A stretch of 24,000 nucleotides of DNA from Methanovulcanius yangii (GCF_018687785.1 NZ_LTBL01000001.1:587780-611779); one strand, 5' to 3'. Counted from the stretch's first letter, positions 7,357-16,192 are shown. A program made the numbers and translations. Notes: generated by a model from the letters alone, not told the origin.

Positions 7357-7433
7357 TACCTACTCAATTTCAGATGGAACCACAAAAACCAATCGGTAAT
7401 TATTTTATTCCGTATCGTAGTACATTGTAACAT

Positions 7434-7841
7434 ATGGCAAAGACAGGATTCTTACTCGTTGGACATGGCAGCAAAAAGCCGTATAACAAGGAACTCATTG
7501 AGTCGACCGCAGCAATGGTTGCCGAAAAAGAGGATGGATTTCTGGTTAAATCCGCATTCATGAGCATTAACGAACCCAGTGTTCAGGATGTCCTCGACGA
7601 GTTCCGCTCCGAAGATATTGAAAAGATGGTCGTCGTCCCCCTCTTCCTCGCAAAGGGAATTCACATTCTCGTGGATATTCCGGGGATCCTCGGTCTTGCG
7701 GAGGGCAGCTACACGGGAGAGTTCACCATGGCGGACGGCAGCGTCGTTCCGCTCCTCTACGCCCAGCCGATCGGTGCGGACCCCCTCCTTGCCGACCTGA
7801 TGATCAGAAATGCGTACAATGTCATCGAAGACAACGCCTGA
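7434..7841 (+). CDS. cfbA: Small sirohydrochlorin chelatase CbiX(S)/CfbA (nickel/cobalt chelatase)
   Basis: GFLLVGHGSKKPYNKELIE...MVVVPLFLAKGIHILVDIPGILGL...YAQPIGADPLLADLMI is the classic short CbiX signature (GHGS, PLFL-x-x-G-x-H, PIG-x-D). It lies directly upstream of cfbE/D/B. Confidence 0.85.
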   Translation: MAKTGFLLVGHGSKKPYNKELIESTAAMVAEKEDGFLVKSAFMSINEPSVQDVLDEFRSEDIEKMVVVPLFLAKGIHILVDIPGILGLAEGSYTGEFTMADGSVVPLLYAQPIGADPLLADLMIRNAYNVIEDNA

Positions 7842-7848
7842 CGTTCCC

Positions 7849-9054
7849 ATGAATATTCTGGTGCTCGACACCATACACGGCGGCAAGGAGATTGCCCGCC
7901 ACCTTTTTTCTCTTGGGCATACGGTGGACTGTGTCGATGTCTACCGCGGTCGTGACGGCATACCCGTGGCCGAGGCCCGTTCCCGCCGGTATGACCTCAT
8001 CGCCGCCCCCGTCCACCTGGACCCGGACCACCCCCTCATGACCATCGAAGGGACGCCCTACACCACGCATCACGAGATCGTCGCAACAATTCTCCGGCCG
8101 CTCGGACTCGGGACGGTCATCGAGATCACCGGGACGCGGGGAAAGACGACGACCGCCCATGCAATTGCCCACGGGATGGGCGGCAGCGGCATCCTGCACA
8201 CCTCCACCGGCACGTACCGGTATCCGGGAAAGGAGACGCTCTGGAAAAAGAGCATCACCCCCGCCTCGCTCATCAACGCCGCAGAGGAGGCGGCCTCCAC
8301 CGGCGGGTGGCTGATTGCCGAAGAATCGATCGGCGTATCGGGCGCAGGAGACCTCGGCATCCTCACCTCGGATATCGATTATGCCATTGCCGGAGGAAAA
8401 AAATCAGCCCTTGCAGAGAAGACACGGATGCTCGCCGGGTGCGGGCAGGTGCTCCTCGCCCCCGGCATGGAAGAGGAGATCCCCGGTGCAACCCCCGCGG
8501 GAGAGATCGTCTCGCTGGAAGGCATCCGGTGCTCATGGAATTGCAACGGCAGGGACGGCTCGTTTGAAAACCCGCTCTTCGCAGTCGAGGGGTACCGCGT
8601 TCCCCTGATGACCGCCGCGGCCGCCCTCTGCCTCCTCGGCGAGGACCCTGCCGCTCTTGCCACCTTCACCGCACTTCCCGCCCGGATGCACGTGCAGGCG
8701 GCGGAGGGGGATACCACCATCGTCGACAACGCAAACAGCGGCGCCTGTCTTGCCACCACCTGCGATGCGGTCGCCCTTGCCCGGCGCCATCGCCCCGGCT
8801 GCCGGCTCACCCTCGTCGTCGGTGCAGAGTCCTCCACGGTCTGTGAAGGATTTCCATTTGCTGATATAGCAGAAGTGATAAAAAATACAACACCGACGTC
8901 GGTCATCATCGTGGGAGAGCAGTACCGCTCCTGCCGGACCGACACGCTTGCGGTCATGCCGCTTGCCATCGTCGCCACCCTCGACGAGGGGGCGGCACTG
9001 GCACGATCGACCGAAACCGACGCGATTGTACTCGCCGTTAAAACATGGAGATAA
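7849..9054 (+). CDS. cfbE: Mur-ligase-like coenzyme F430 synthetase
   Basis: Track ORF 7810..9054. The ATG at 7849 (MNILVLDTIHGGKEIARHL...) lies 8 nt after the cfbA stop. It has the Mur-ligase P-loop ITGTRGKTTTAHAI. The context between cfbA and cfbD supports the call. Confidence 0.8.
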   Translation: MNILVLDTIHGGKEIARHLFSLGHTVDCVDVYRGRDGIPVAEARSRRYDLIAAPVHLDPDHPLMTIEGTPYTTHHEIVATILRPLGLGTVIEITGTRGKTTTAHAIAHGMGGSGILHTSTGTYRYPGKETLWKKSITPASLINAAEEAASTGGWLIAEESIGVSGAGDLGILTSDIDYAIAGGKKSALAEKTRMLAGCGQVLLAPGMEEEIPGATPAGEIVSLEGIRCSWNCNGRDGSFENPLFAVEGYRVPLMTAAAALCLLGEDPAALATFTALPARMHVQAAEGDTTIVDNANSGACLATTCDAVALARRHRPGCRLTLVVGAESSTVCEGFPFADIAEVIKNTTPTSVIIVGEQYRSCRTDTLAVMPLAIVATLDEGAALARSTETDAIVLAVKTWR

Positions 9055-10124
9055 GAAATATGCAGTATATCCAACCCCGCCCGAGTTCTATTGTCGCCGC
9101 ACTGTATACAGCACGCGACCTTGGTGTCGACCTCGCCATCCTCCACGGCCCCTCCGGCTGTTCCTTCAAGCATGCCCGCCTCCTCGAAGAGGACGGTCTG
9201 CGGGTCTTAACCACATCCCTCGGCGAGACCGAGATCATCCTCGGCGGGCAGGACGTGCTCGAGAAGGTGCTCATCGAGGCTGAAGAGCAGTTCCATCCCA
9301 CCCGGATGGCGGTCGTCGGCACCTGCGTCTCCCTCATCATCGGCGAGGACATGGAGGCCGCCATCCGCAATTCCGGCATCACCACCCCCACCATCGCAAT
9401 CGAAGTCCATGCGGGGTTCAGGGAAAACATCGAGGGCGTGATGGCGGCACTCGAACCGGCGGCGGAGGCAGGGTGGATATCGGAGGACGAACTCGACCGC
9501 CAGCGTCGCCTGCTTGCCGCCGCCAATGAGACGGAGCGCCTTCGCGGTGCGGCCTGCAAGTCCTACATCCAGCCCTCCCGCGGCGACCTCAAACACGTCG
9601 TTGCAGCACGCCTCATGGAATGCGTTCGGGAGGGGAAGAAGGGGGTTGCCATCCTCAATGCAAAGAAGGAGACCGCGTATATGTTCGCCGACATCCTCCT
9701 CGCCCTCCACGAAACCTCCCCCGACGCGGACATCACCTATTATGCAAATCTCGAGGATGCAGGGCTCGACAAGGTCCGCCGGGACGCCGCACGCATCCGG
9801 GAAGGCCTTCGCGAGGGCGGCATCGACCCCGAACTGCACGGGGCACTGGACGAATACGGCGCCATGGGAGAGACCTTCGGGACAATCCTGCAGGAGCAGG
9901 CACCCGGATTCGCCGTCATCGCGGGGGTTCCGCACGCGATTCCTCCCGAATACACGGAAGGCATCGAGGTCTTCTCCGTCACGAACGGGCCCCGGCAGGT
10001 GGAGCCCCTCAAGGCCATCGGGCACGAACACGTGGTAGTCGAGGTCGACCTCCACCCCAAGACCCTCGGTGTCAGCGAGATTGTCGAGAGTGAGTTCGGG
10101 GCGGTGCTCCGGAGCATGCAATGA
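9045..10124 (+). CDS. cfbD: NifD/NflD-like subunit of Ni-sirohydrochlorin a,c-diamide reductive cyclase (methanogenesis marker 13)
   Basis: IQPRPSSIVAALYTARDLGVDLAILHGPSGCSFKHARLLEEDG is a nitrogenase component-1-like fold with a Cys ligand. The ATG at 9045 overlaps the cfbE stop by 10 nt (alternative ATG at 9060). The stop overlaps the cfbB start (ATGA). Confidence 0.8.
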   Translation: MEIRNMQYIQPRPSSIVAALYTARDLGVDLAILHGPSGCSFKHARLLEEDGLRVLTTSLGETEIILGGQDVLEKVLIEAEEQFHPTRMAVVGTCVSLIIGEDMEAAIRNSGITTPTIAIEVHAGFRENIEGVMAALEPAAEAGWISEDELDRQRRLLAAANETERLRGAACKSYIQPSRGDLKHVVAARLMECVREGKKGVAILNAKKETAYMFADILLALHETSPDADITYYANLEDAGLDKVRRDAARIREGLREGGIDPELHGALDEYGAMGETFGTILQEQAPGFAVIAGVPHAIPPEYTEGIEVFSVTNGPRQVEPLKAIGHEHVVVEVDLHPKTLGVSEIVESEFGAVLRSMQ

Positions 10125-11497
10125 AGAGCCTTCTCATCACGGGTGATAGGTCGGGAAGCGGAAAGACAAGCATCACCCTCGCCATCTCCGCCCTTCTCGC
10201 ACGGGAATACAAGGTGCAGTCGTTCAAGGTTGCGATGGACTACATCGACCCCTCCTACCTGACAGGAGTCACCGGCAGGCCCTGCCGCAACCTCGACAGT
10301 TTCGTGATGGACGAGAGCCTCATCCGCACGGTCTATGACAATGCCTGCCGGGGTGCCGATATCGCCATCGTCGAGGGCGTCCGCGGCCTCTATGAGGGGT
10401 CCGACGCCATCACCGACGAGGGATCGACCGCAAGCATCGCAAAACAGCTCGACCTCAATGTCATCCTCGCCGTCGACGCCCGTTCCATCACCCGCTCGGC
10501 GGCCGCCCTCGTGAAGGGATTCATGGCCTTCGACCCGGAGGTCCGCATCAAAGGCGTCATCCTCAACCAGGTGCGGGGCAAAAAACACGAAGAGAAGGCA
10601 CGGCGGGCCATCGAACACTTCTGCGGCATTCCGGTGCTCGGCGCCATCCCGCAGACCGAGGCGATGCAGCTGACGATGCGCCACCTCGGGCTCGTCCCCT
10701 ATCTCGAAGGGAAGGGAAAGGACGAGTTCCTGCAGAAGATCGAGACGGTCACGGAGGTCATCGGCGAACATGTCGACATGGACCGCCTTCTCGAGATCGC
10801 AGGGTCGTCCGATGCCCCGACCAAGCAGCCCGCGATGTTTCGCCCGGCGGAAACGGCCGATGTCCGCATCGGTGTCGCCATCGACGAGGCCTTCAACTTC
10901 TATTACAACGACCTCTTCGACCTCCTCCCGGCGTGGGGTGCGGAGTGTGTCCCGTTCAGCCCCATCCATGACCGGCTGCCGGAGGCGGACGGGTACATCT
11001 TCGGCGGCGGGTATCCCGAACTCTTCGCCCCCGAACTGGAGAGAAACGATGCCATGCGCGAGGCCGTCCGCGAGGTCAGCGCCTCGGACGTTCCCATTTA
11101 CGCGGAATGCGGCGGCCTGATTTATCTCACCAACACCATCGTGCTGAAGAAGGAATGGAACAATGCGGTCACCGACACCTCCTACGAGATGGCAGGCGTC
11201 TTTGACGGGTGCACCCGCATGCCGGCACGCCGGGTCATAGGGTATGTCCGCGGCACCTCGTCTGCCGAAAGTCCCCTCGGCGCAGGGTCGTTCGCCGGCC
11301 ACGAATTCCATCACACCGACGTCATCCTCGCGGATGATACCAAATACACCTACCGACTCTCCCGCGGCATCGGCATCCGGGACAATTTGGACGGGGCCAT
11401 CGTCCACCGGACCCAGGCCAGCTACACCCACCTCAATCCGTCGGCAAGCGCCCCGATGTTTGCACGGTTCGTTCAGGAATGCCGGACGCGGCACTGA
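10121..11497 (+). CDS. cfbB: CbiA-family amidotransferase, by context Ni-sirohydrochlorin a,c-diamide synthase
   Basis: MKSLLITGDRSGSGKTSITLAISALL is the CbiA/CobB P-loop. The C-terminal GATase-like domain has VPIYAECGGLIYL, with a Cys nucleophile. It is translationally coupled to cfbD. Confidence 0.8.
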   Translation: MKSLLITGDRSGSGKTSITLAISALLAREYKVQSFKVAMDYIDPSYLTGVTGRPCRNLDSFVMDESLIRTVYDNACRGADIAIVEGVRGLYEGSDAITDEGSTASIAKQLDLNVILAVDARSITRSAAALVKGFMAFDPEVRIKGVILNQVRGKKHEEKARRAIEHFCGIPVLGAIPQTEAMQLTMRHLGLVPYLEGKGKDEFLQKIETVTEVIGEHVDMDRLLEIAGSSDAPTKQPAMFRPAETADVRIGVAIDEAFNFYYNDLFDLLPAWGAECVPFSPIHDRLPEADGYIFGGGYPELFAPELERNDAMREAVREVSASDVPIYAECGGLIYLTNTIVLKKEWNNAVTDTSYEMAGVFDGCTRMPARRVIGYVRGTSSAESPLGAGSFAGHEFHHTDVILADDTKYTYRLSRGIGIRDNLDGAIVHRTQASYTHLNPSASAPMFARFVQECRTRH

Positions 11498-11553
11498 ATA
11501 TCCTGCAAATCTGATCGGAAGCAATTTGATATTGCAATCTGAATACATGTAGT

Positions 11554-12417
11554 ATGCTGATTTACCTGAACGGGGAATTCGTGCCCGAGAGCGAGGCAAA
11601 AGTTTCCGTTTTTGACCACGGTCTTCTCTATGGAGACGGTGTGTTCGAGGGCATCCGTGCATACAACGGCCGGGTCTTCCGGCTGGAGGAACACATCGAC
11701 CGGATGTACGACTCTGCAAAGACGATCGACCTTAAGATCCCTATCTCGAAGGAAGAGTTTGCAGAGATCATCTGTGAGACGCTCCGGAGAAACGACCTGA
11801 AGGACGCCTACATCCGCCCGCTGGTTACCCGTGGCGTCGGGGACCTTGGTCTTGACCCCAACAAATGCGCGAAACCCACCATCATCGTCATTGCGACCGG
11901 CTGGGGCGCGATGTACGGGGATCTCTACGAGAAGGGACTTCGTGCCATCACCTGCTCCGTCAGGAGAAATCCGGCAGAGGCGCTGCCGCCCAATGTGAAG
12001 AGCCTCAACTACCTCAACAATATCATGGCAAAGATTGAGGCGAACTACAAGGGAGGCGACGAGGCCATCTTCTTCGACACCAACGGCTACATCGCCGAAG
12101 GCTCGGGAGATAATATCTATATCGTCAAGAACGGAACGATCATCACTCCCCCCACCCTGAACAATCTTCGCGGCATCACCCGCATGGTGCTCCTCGAGAT
12201 TGCCGAAGAGATGGGCATCACCACGGTGGAGCACAACATCGGCTACTATGATCTCTACACCGCCGACGAAGTTCTCGTCTCCGGGTCGGCGGCGGAGGTC
12301 GCCCCCGTCGTCCTCATCGACGGCAGGAGCATCGGCACCGGGAAACCCGGCCCCATCTTCAAGCAGCTGAGCGTTGCGTTCAAGCGCCGGACCGAGACCG
12401 AAGGGACGCCTCTCTAA
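11554..12417 (+). CDS. ilvE: Branched-chain amino acid aminotransferase (fold-type IV PLP enzyme)
   Basis: [56 protein letters not shown] is the canonical IlvE N-terminus; 287 aa. Confidence 0.9.
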   Translation: MLIYLNGEFVPESEAKVSVFDHGLLYGDGVFEGIRAYNGRVFRLEEHIDRMYDSAKTIDLKIPISKEEFAEIICETLRRNDLKDAYIRPLVTRGVGDLGLDPNKCAKPTIIVIATGWGAMYGDLYEKGLRAITCSVRRNPAEALPPNVKSLNYLNNIMAKIEANYKGGDEAIFFDTNGYIAEGSGDNIYIVKNGTIITPPTLNNLRGITRMVLLEIAEEMGITTVEHNIGYYDLYTADEVLVSGSAAEVAPVVLIDGRSIGTGKPGPIFKQLSVAFKRRTETEGTPL

Positions 12418-12442
12418 GGACCGGTCAGATCCCATTTCATTC

Positions 12443-12450
12443 TTTTTTTT
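12443..12450 (+). terminator. Oligo-T (T8) terminator candidate after ilvE
   Basis: A T8 run lies 26 nt after the ilvE stop. Confidence 0.5.
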
Positions 12451-12514
12451 CGGACAAATCCAAAACGTATATAACAAATTCGACCCTATAAAATTAGGCA
12501 CAAACTGTGCGTTT

Positions 12515-12587
12515 GCTGCTATAGTGTAGGGGCCAATCATGCCGGCCTTTCACGCCGGCGACTGGGGTTCGAATCCCCATAGCAGCA
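12515..12587 (+). tRNA. tRNA-Glu (anticodon UUC)
   Basis: Hand-folded cloverleaf. Acceptor GCTGCTA/TAGCAGC plus discriminator A. Anticodon stem CCGGC/GCCGG with loop CTTTCAC, giving anticodon TTC. T-arm TGGGG-TTCGAAT-CCCCA. The D-arm GTGTAGGGGCCAATCAT resembles archaeal tRNA-Glu. No CCA is encoded and there is no intron. Confidence 0.9.
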
Positions 12588-12600
12588 TACCGTTCTAACG

Positions 12601-12605
12601 TTTTT
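12601..12605 (+). terminator. Oligo-T (T5) terminator candidate after the tRNA
   Basis: TTTTT lies 14 nt downstream of the tRNA 3' end. Confidence 0.4.
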
Positions 12606-12693
12606 ATGCCCTCATTTCCGGAATTTATCCACAATTACAAGGCATATTCAATATAATTGACTTATTGGGGATTATACTTAATTTAATGCCCGT

Positions 12694-12729
12694 ATTAATT
12701 TTTCTTGCTCTGAAAAGAGAAAAATTAAT
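12694..12729. repeat. Perfect 12-bp inverted repeat ATTAATTTTTCT / AGAAAAATTAAT with a 12-nt spacer
   Basis: Left arm 12694-12705, right arm 12718-12729. The spacer contains a nested CTCT-GAAA-AGAG mini-hairpin. It lies about 105 bp downstream of the tRNA. Confidence 0.5.
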
Positions 12730-12931
12730 GAAAGTGTGCACATTTTGGGTGTTGCGGGGTTGATCAAATTTATTGTCTGAATTTCCTGGGCATCAGCGCT
12801 TAAAATTGAATTATGGGATGTTTCCCTCCAGTCCTAGAATAAGCATAGAGTTGCTATCGATGATAGTTGCGGCCTCGCTGATTGATTTCCATTGTCAGGA
12901 AAAAATTGAAATATGCAATTCAGTTAGATTG

Positions 12932-14002
12932 TCAAATCCAAGTCAGGAAGTCTCTTTGGGCAGGAACTAATCTATTTCCACATTTTGGACAGGTTAGACA
13001 GGTCTCAGGATTAAGCGAAACACAATTAGAACAAAATATTCTATGACATGCAGGGCATGCTGTTCCCAACCATAGATCATAATCAGACAAATGCTCGGCT
13101 CCAAGCTTTCCGCGTTGCATTGAGGTAACGTTTCCCAATTTTATTGCTGTCTGCATACTTGATTCTTCAATTTTTTGCAAATTATTTCCACAGATCGAGC
13201 ATCTGACATTTTGATTAAGGCTGTATTTCAGGGGAGGGCTGTAATAGTTCTCCCTGCTAGTCGGTGAAGAGTAGGATCGGTTCGGGCGAGAGACTGTCTT
13301 TTTACGGTATTTATTATTGCTTGTTTCATTCCGGGGTATTTTGGAGGGGATCGTCTTAATCTCATCCTGAATTATGGTTGGAAACTGATCCTTATTTATG
13401 GTTAAAATGGATTTTTTGTTCAAGGGATCTGTGGGCAATATTGTATGAGATTCGTTCTTGTCGGAATAATCAACCAAGTCTTTAAGTTTAAAATAAACGG
13501 GATCTTCCTCAAACTCATTTTTTGTGTAATTCCAGTCTTTTCCAATCGTAAAGTAGAGTTCATATTTCCCCTCAAGTTTTCCTCTGATTTTTTTGGCATA
13601 ATTGTTTGGAATATATAGTGCGGCAACTCCTTTTATCGAGCCATATTTTGTAAGCACCGCAACCGTTCGGCTGCCGGTTTCATTCCATATTTTTATTTCA
13701 CCAACCCCATCGGGTAAATTGTTGATAAGGTAATCCGCATTATGGACAGATCTGGATTGTTCCTTGGATTTTGAGGACTTAATTGAAAAATAATTTAAAA
13801 AAACAAAGCCGCCAGATAATATTGTAATAATTAAAACAAAACCCATTATGACAAGCTGAGTTCTGTAATCGATGAATATGATGTTAGCAATAATTGGCAA
13901 AATGAAAAAAATTAGAACTAATCCCGTGATGAATATCACAAATAGGTAATTATTGATGGACTTCTTTCGATCTTCATCTTTCGGGATTTTTGTTTTTGAC
14001 AT
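12932..14002 (-). CDS. Membrane protein with two N-terminal TM helices, a beta-rich middle domain and a C-terminal Cys-rich (4x CxxC) zinc-ribbon region
   Basis: The N-terminus is MSKTKIPKDEDRKKS. TM1 is YLFVIFITGLVLIFFILPIIANIIFI and TM2 is LVIMGFVLIITILSGGFVFLNYF. The C-terminus carries CSIC...CPAC..FCSNC...CLTCPKCG. Codon usage is AT-rich. An oligo-T on the minus strand (plus-strand A6 at 12900-12905) follows the stop. Confidence 0.7.
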   Translation of the reverse strand: MSKTKIPKDEDRKKSINNYLFVIFITGLVLIFFILPIIANIIFIDYRTQLVIMGFVLIITILSGGFVFLNYFSIKSSKSKEQSRSVHNADYLINNLPDGVGEIKIWNETGSRTVAVLTKYGSIKGVAALYIPNNYAKKIRGKLEGKYELYFTIGKDWNYTKNEFEEDPVYFKLKDLVDYSDKNESHTILPTDPLNKKSILTINKDQFPTIIQDEIKTIPSKIPRNETSNNKYRKKTVSRPNRSYSSPTSRENYYSPPLKYSLNQNVRCSICGNNLQKIEESSMQTAIKLGNVTSMQRGKLGAEHLSDYDLWLGTACPACHRIFCSNCVSLNPETCLTCPKCGNRLVPAQRDFLTWI

Positions 14003-14142
14003 AAGAACCCGTCCTTTTCCATTTCATCAAATAATCTTGATAAAAGAAAAAGTTTAGGGTAATCTTATGAAATGAATGATTAATTCTGTCAGCCCAAAGC
14101 GATATCTTACCGTGGATAGAGAATCAATTTTGAATGTGAATA

Positions 14143-15732
14143 TTACACCGGAAATGCCTCATCGCTTACATCTATTATTCCCATCTTCGAATCAGACGCC
14201 AGCTGAAGTGTTATGGAATAACTGCAAGTTTCTGTCTCATACTCAGTCCCCGTGAAATAATGTTTCCTTGAATGTTTTGTGATAAAGGTCAGTGGTTCTT
14301 TAAACATTTTTCGGGCAATGACTTCTTTCTCATCAAAAAATGCGTAATAAAGACTATATGATCCATCATTAATTGCACCGATATAAATGTCCTCTCCAAC
14401 ATATATTGGCTTCTTGTACATGACGTTTTTTGTATTGAAAGCGGTGATTACGGCTGAAGCTTGATAGTCGGATCCGTTTTTTATTCTTAAACTGTTCACG
14501 GGGGACCTATATCTAAATTGATTTTTGTCTATGAAATCTGAAGAGCGATCATATTCCAGCAAGGCCTTTCGGGGATTATTCTTTCTCTCCATTGCAGCTT
14601 CGATCTGTTTCTTTGGCTCCCGTTCTCGATTGATCTGTTTTTGCCTCTCTTTTTCTCTTGTCTTCATATGATTCTGCTGTTCTGGTGACAACTCATGCTC
14701 TCTCTTCCATTCATCAATCATCGCACGGGTAATTGGCGTCCCGTTCTGGTCATGGCCGATCTTTTCCAAGGCTTTTGCGACATTATCTGGCATATAATCG
14801 AGCCAATCACTGAACGCAGCGATAAGCGGCTCTACGGCTCGTGGGTCACCGATTTCTCCAAGTGCAGAGACGGCCGCCACGCGCACGCGCCCGTCCCAAT
14901 CACCGAGTACAGTGATCAGTGGTTCAACAGCTCTGTCATCCCCAATTTTTCTCAGCGACCAGGCAGCTTTTCTACGTACATCCTCATGTTCATCGCTGAG
15001 TGCAGCAACAAGCGGCCCTGCGGCTTTGCAATCGCCAAAATATTCAAGAGCGGAGGCAGCATCTTCACGGACTTTATCATTTCTATCGTCCAACATAGCA
15101 ATAATCGGATCCAAGGCTTTGATATCACCAATCCAACTCAACGCATTGATGGCAGAACTACGTAATTCAGGATCCTCTTCGTTTAGTGCAGCGATTAGTG
15201 GTTCCACTGCTCTGCTGTCATGCGTCTCTCCGAGGGAATGGATGGCAATTTGCCGGATCTCAGGTTCTATGGCATTAAGCAAATTGATGAGGGGAACCAC
15301 GGTTTGGGGATCACCGATTTTTCCGGGAAATGTTTGGCCGATCATTCTCAGCGCTTCGGCGGAGGTTATTCGGACATCATATTCATCGTTGAGTGCCTTG
15401 CAAAGCGGTTCGACGGCTCTGCCATCGCCAATTCTTCCCAGCGCTTCGGCAGCGCTTTTTCGAACCTTATAATTTTCATCGTTGAGCGCATGGATGAGCG
15501 GTTCCACGGCCCTGGTGTCGCGAATATTTCCAAGTGCCTTGGCAGCATCGCTCCGTATCTCTATATCACGGCTAGGAAAATCTCTTTCAGAGTGACCGTA
15601 CTTTTGGAGATAATCTTCATGTTTTTTATCATGATAACCAAGCGCCTTGATCAATCCCTTGACGTTTTGTTTCTCCTTTAGCCTATATACATCGGGGGGA
15701 TCGCCCAATCCAAAGAATGCCATGAGGCCCAT
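14143..15732 (-). CDS. HEAT-repeat protein (PBS-lyase HEAT-like repeats, about 8-9 units) with an unrelated roughly 180-aa C-terminal extension
   Basis: The repeated unit is (D/G)xRAVEPLIxALxDExxxVRxxAAxALGxIGD. The ATG at 15732 is preferred over the track's TTG at 15741. The C-terminal part has a Lys/Glu-rich linker (EKERQKQINREREPKKQIEAAMERK) and then a beta-rich domain. Confidence 0.85.
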   Translation of the reverse strand: MGLMAFFGLGDPPDVYRLKEKQNVKGLIKALGYHDKKHEDYLQKYGHSERDFPSRDIEIRSDAAKALGNIRDTRAVEPLIHALNDENYKVRKSAAEALGRIGDGRAVEPLCKALNDEYDVRITSAEALRMIGQTFPGKIGDPQTVVPLINLLNAIEPEIRQIAIHSLGETHDSRAVEPLIAALNEEDPELRSSAINALSWIGDIKALDPIIAMLDDRNDKVREDAASALEYFGDCKAAGPLVAALSDEHEDVRRKAAWSLRKIGDDRAVEPLITVLGDWDGRVRVAAVSALGEIGDPRAVEPLIAAFSDWLDYMPDNVAKALEKIGHDQNGTPITRAMIDEWKREHELSPEQQNHMKTREKERQKQINREREPKKQIEAAMERKNNPRKALLEYDRSSDFIDKNQFRYRSPVNSLRIKNGSDYQASAVITAFNTKNVMYKKPIYVGEDIYIGAINDGSYSLYYAFFDEKEVIARKMFKEPLTFITKHSRKHYFTGTEYETETCSYSITLQLASDSKMGIIDVSDEAFPV

Positions 15733-15851
15733 TCTACACAAGCACTTATATTAATTTTTCTAATCGGTTTTGATCTAGTGAATTTGCCTGTGGGGTTTAA
15801 TTTTACCTATGTTGGCGAGGATTACATGTTTTTCCACATCCCCCCCCGTGG

Positions 15852-16085
15852 CTCAGTGCACGGACCGTCGAGAACCGGCTCAAGTACCTCTCCCGCAAGC
15901 TGAAGATCACGAAGCCCATCCACCCGCAGGCGATCCGCCACGCCCGGCTCACCGACCTCGTCCGGGCCGACGGGACCAGAAAGGGCCTCTCCACCCTAGA
16001 GCCGGCGATGTCCCACCGGTGCCGGTCAATGAACTTCTTCGATGCCGCCTGCTCGCCCAATGCCATCGAACACTTAACTCAGTAG
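15852..16085 (+). pseudogene. Tyrosine recombinase (phage-type integrase) C-terminal remnant
   Basis: My translation in frame 3 (15852 onwards) is LSARTVENRLKYLSRKLKITKPIHPQAIRHARLTDLVRADGTRKGLSTLEPAMSHRCRSMNFFDAACSPNAIEHLTQ*. The H-x-x-R box (HPQAIRH) and a following (M/L)-x-H are recognisable. No catalytic Tyr is seen at the expected spot and no N-terminal domain is present. The frame opens only at 15801 and the GC-rich DNA starts at a C7 run (15841-15847). Confidence 0.5.
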
Positions 16086-16192
16086 ATCGCATCAAACGAG
16101 TTCATCGACCAGCAGCGGGTATGCTGACGAAGATGGTGGAAGAGTGAGTGCTTATCTTCACCTTGAGCAATCTGTGAAACAGAACAACCCTG

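Noticed and set aside
8379-10121. Minus-strand ORFs 8379..9173 (264 aa) and 9207..10121 (304 aa)
   Set aside because: They are antisense to cfbE and cfbD. They are low-complexity shadow frames.
9740-11719. 659-aa ORF on the minus strand
   Set aside because: It is antisense to cfbD/cfbB, which have unmistakable family signatures. The product is Arg/Gly/Pro/Ala-rich and low in complexity. This is a typical shadow ORF in GC-rich DNA where stop codons are rare.
11473-12540. 355-aa ORF on the minus strand
   Set aside because: It is antisense to ilvE and runs through the tRNA-Glu gene. It has no recognisable motifs and is a GC-driven shadow frame.
12560-12587. Search for a second copy of the tRNA-Glu 3' end as an attR site within the island
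   Set aside because: I could not find a convincing repeat of the T-arm/acceptor segment by eye anywhere in 12,600-24,000. The island boundary therefore remains open, and no att site is claimed.
12773-12970. 65-aa plus-strand ORF with a non-ATG start
   Set aside because: It overlaps the 3' end and terminator region of the minus-strand membrane-protein gene. There are no supporting signals.
14695-15681. Plus-strand ORFs 14695..15165, 14912..15472 and 15220..15681
   Set aside because: They are antisense to the HEAT-repeat gene. The periodic repeat keeps antisense frames open, and their products have no recognisable features.
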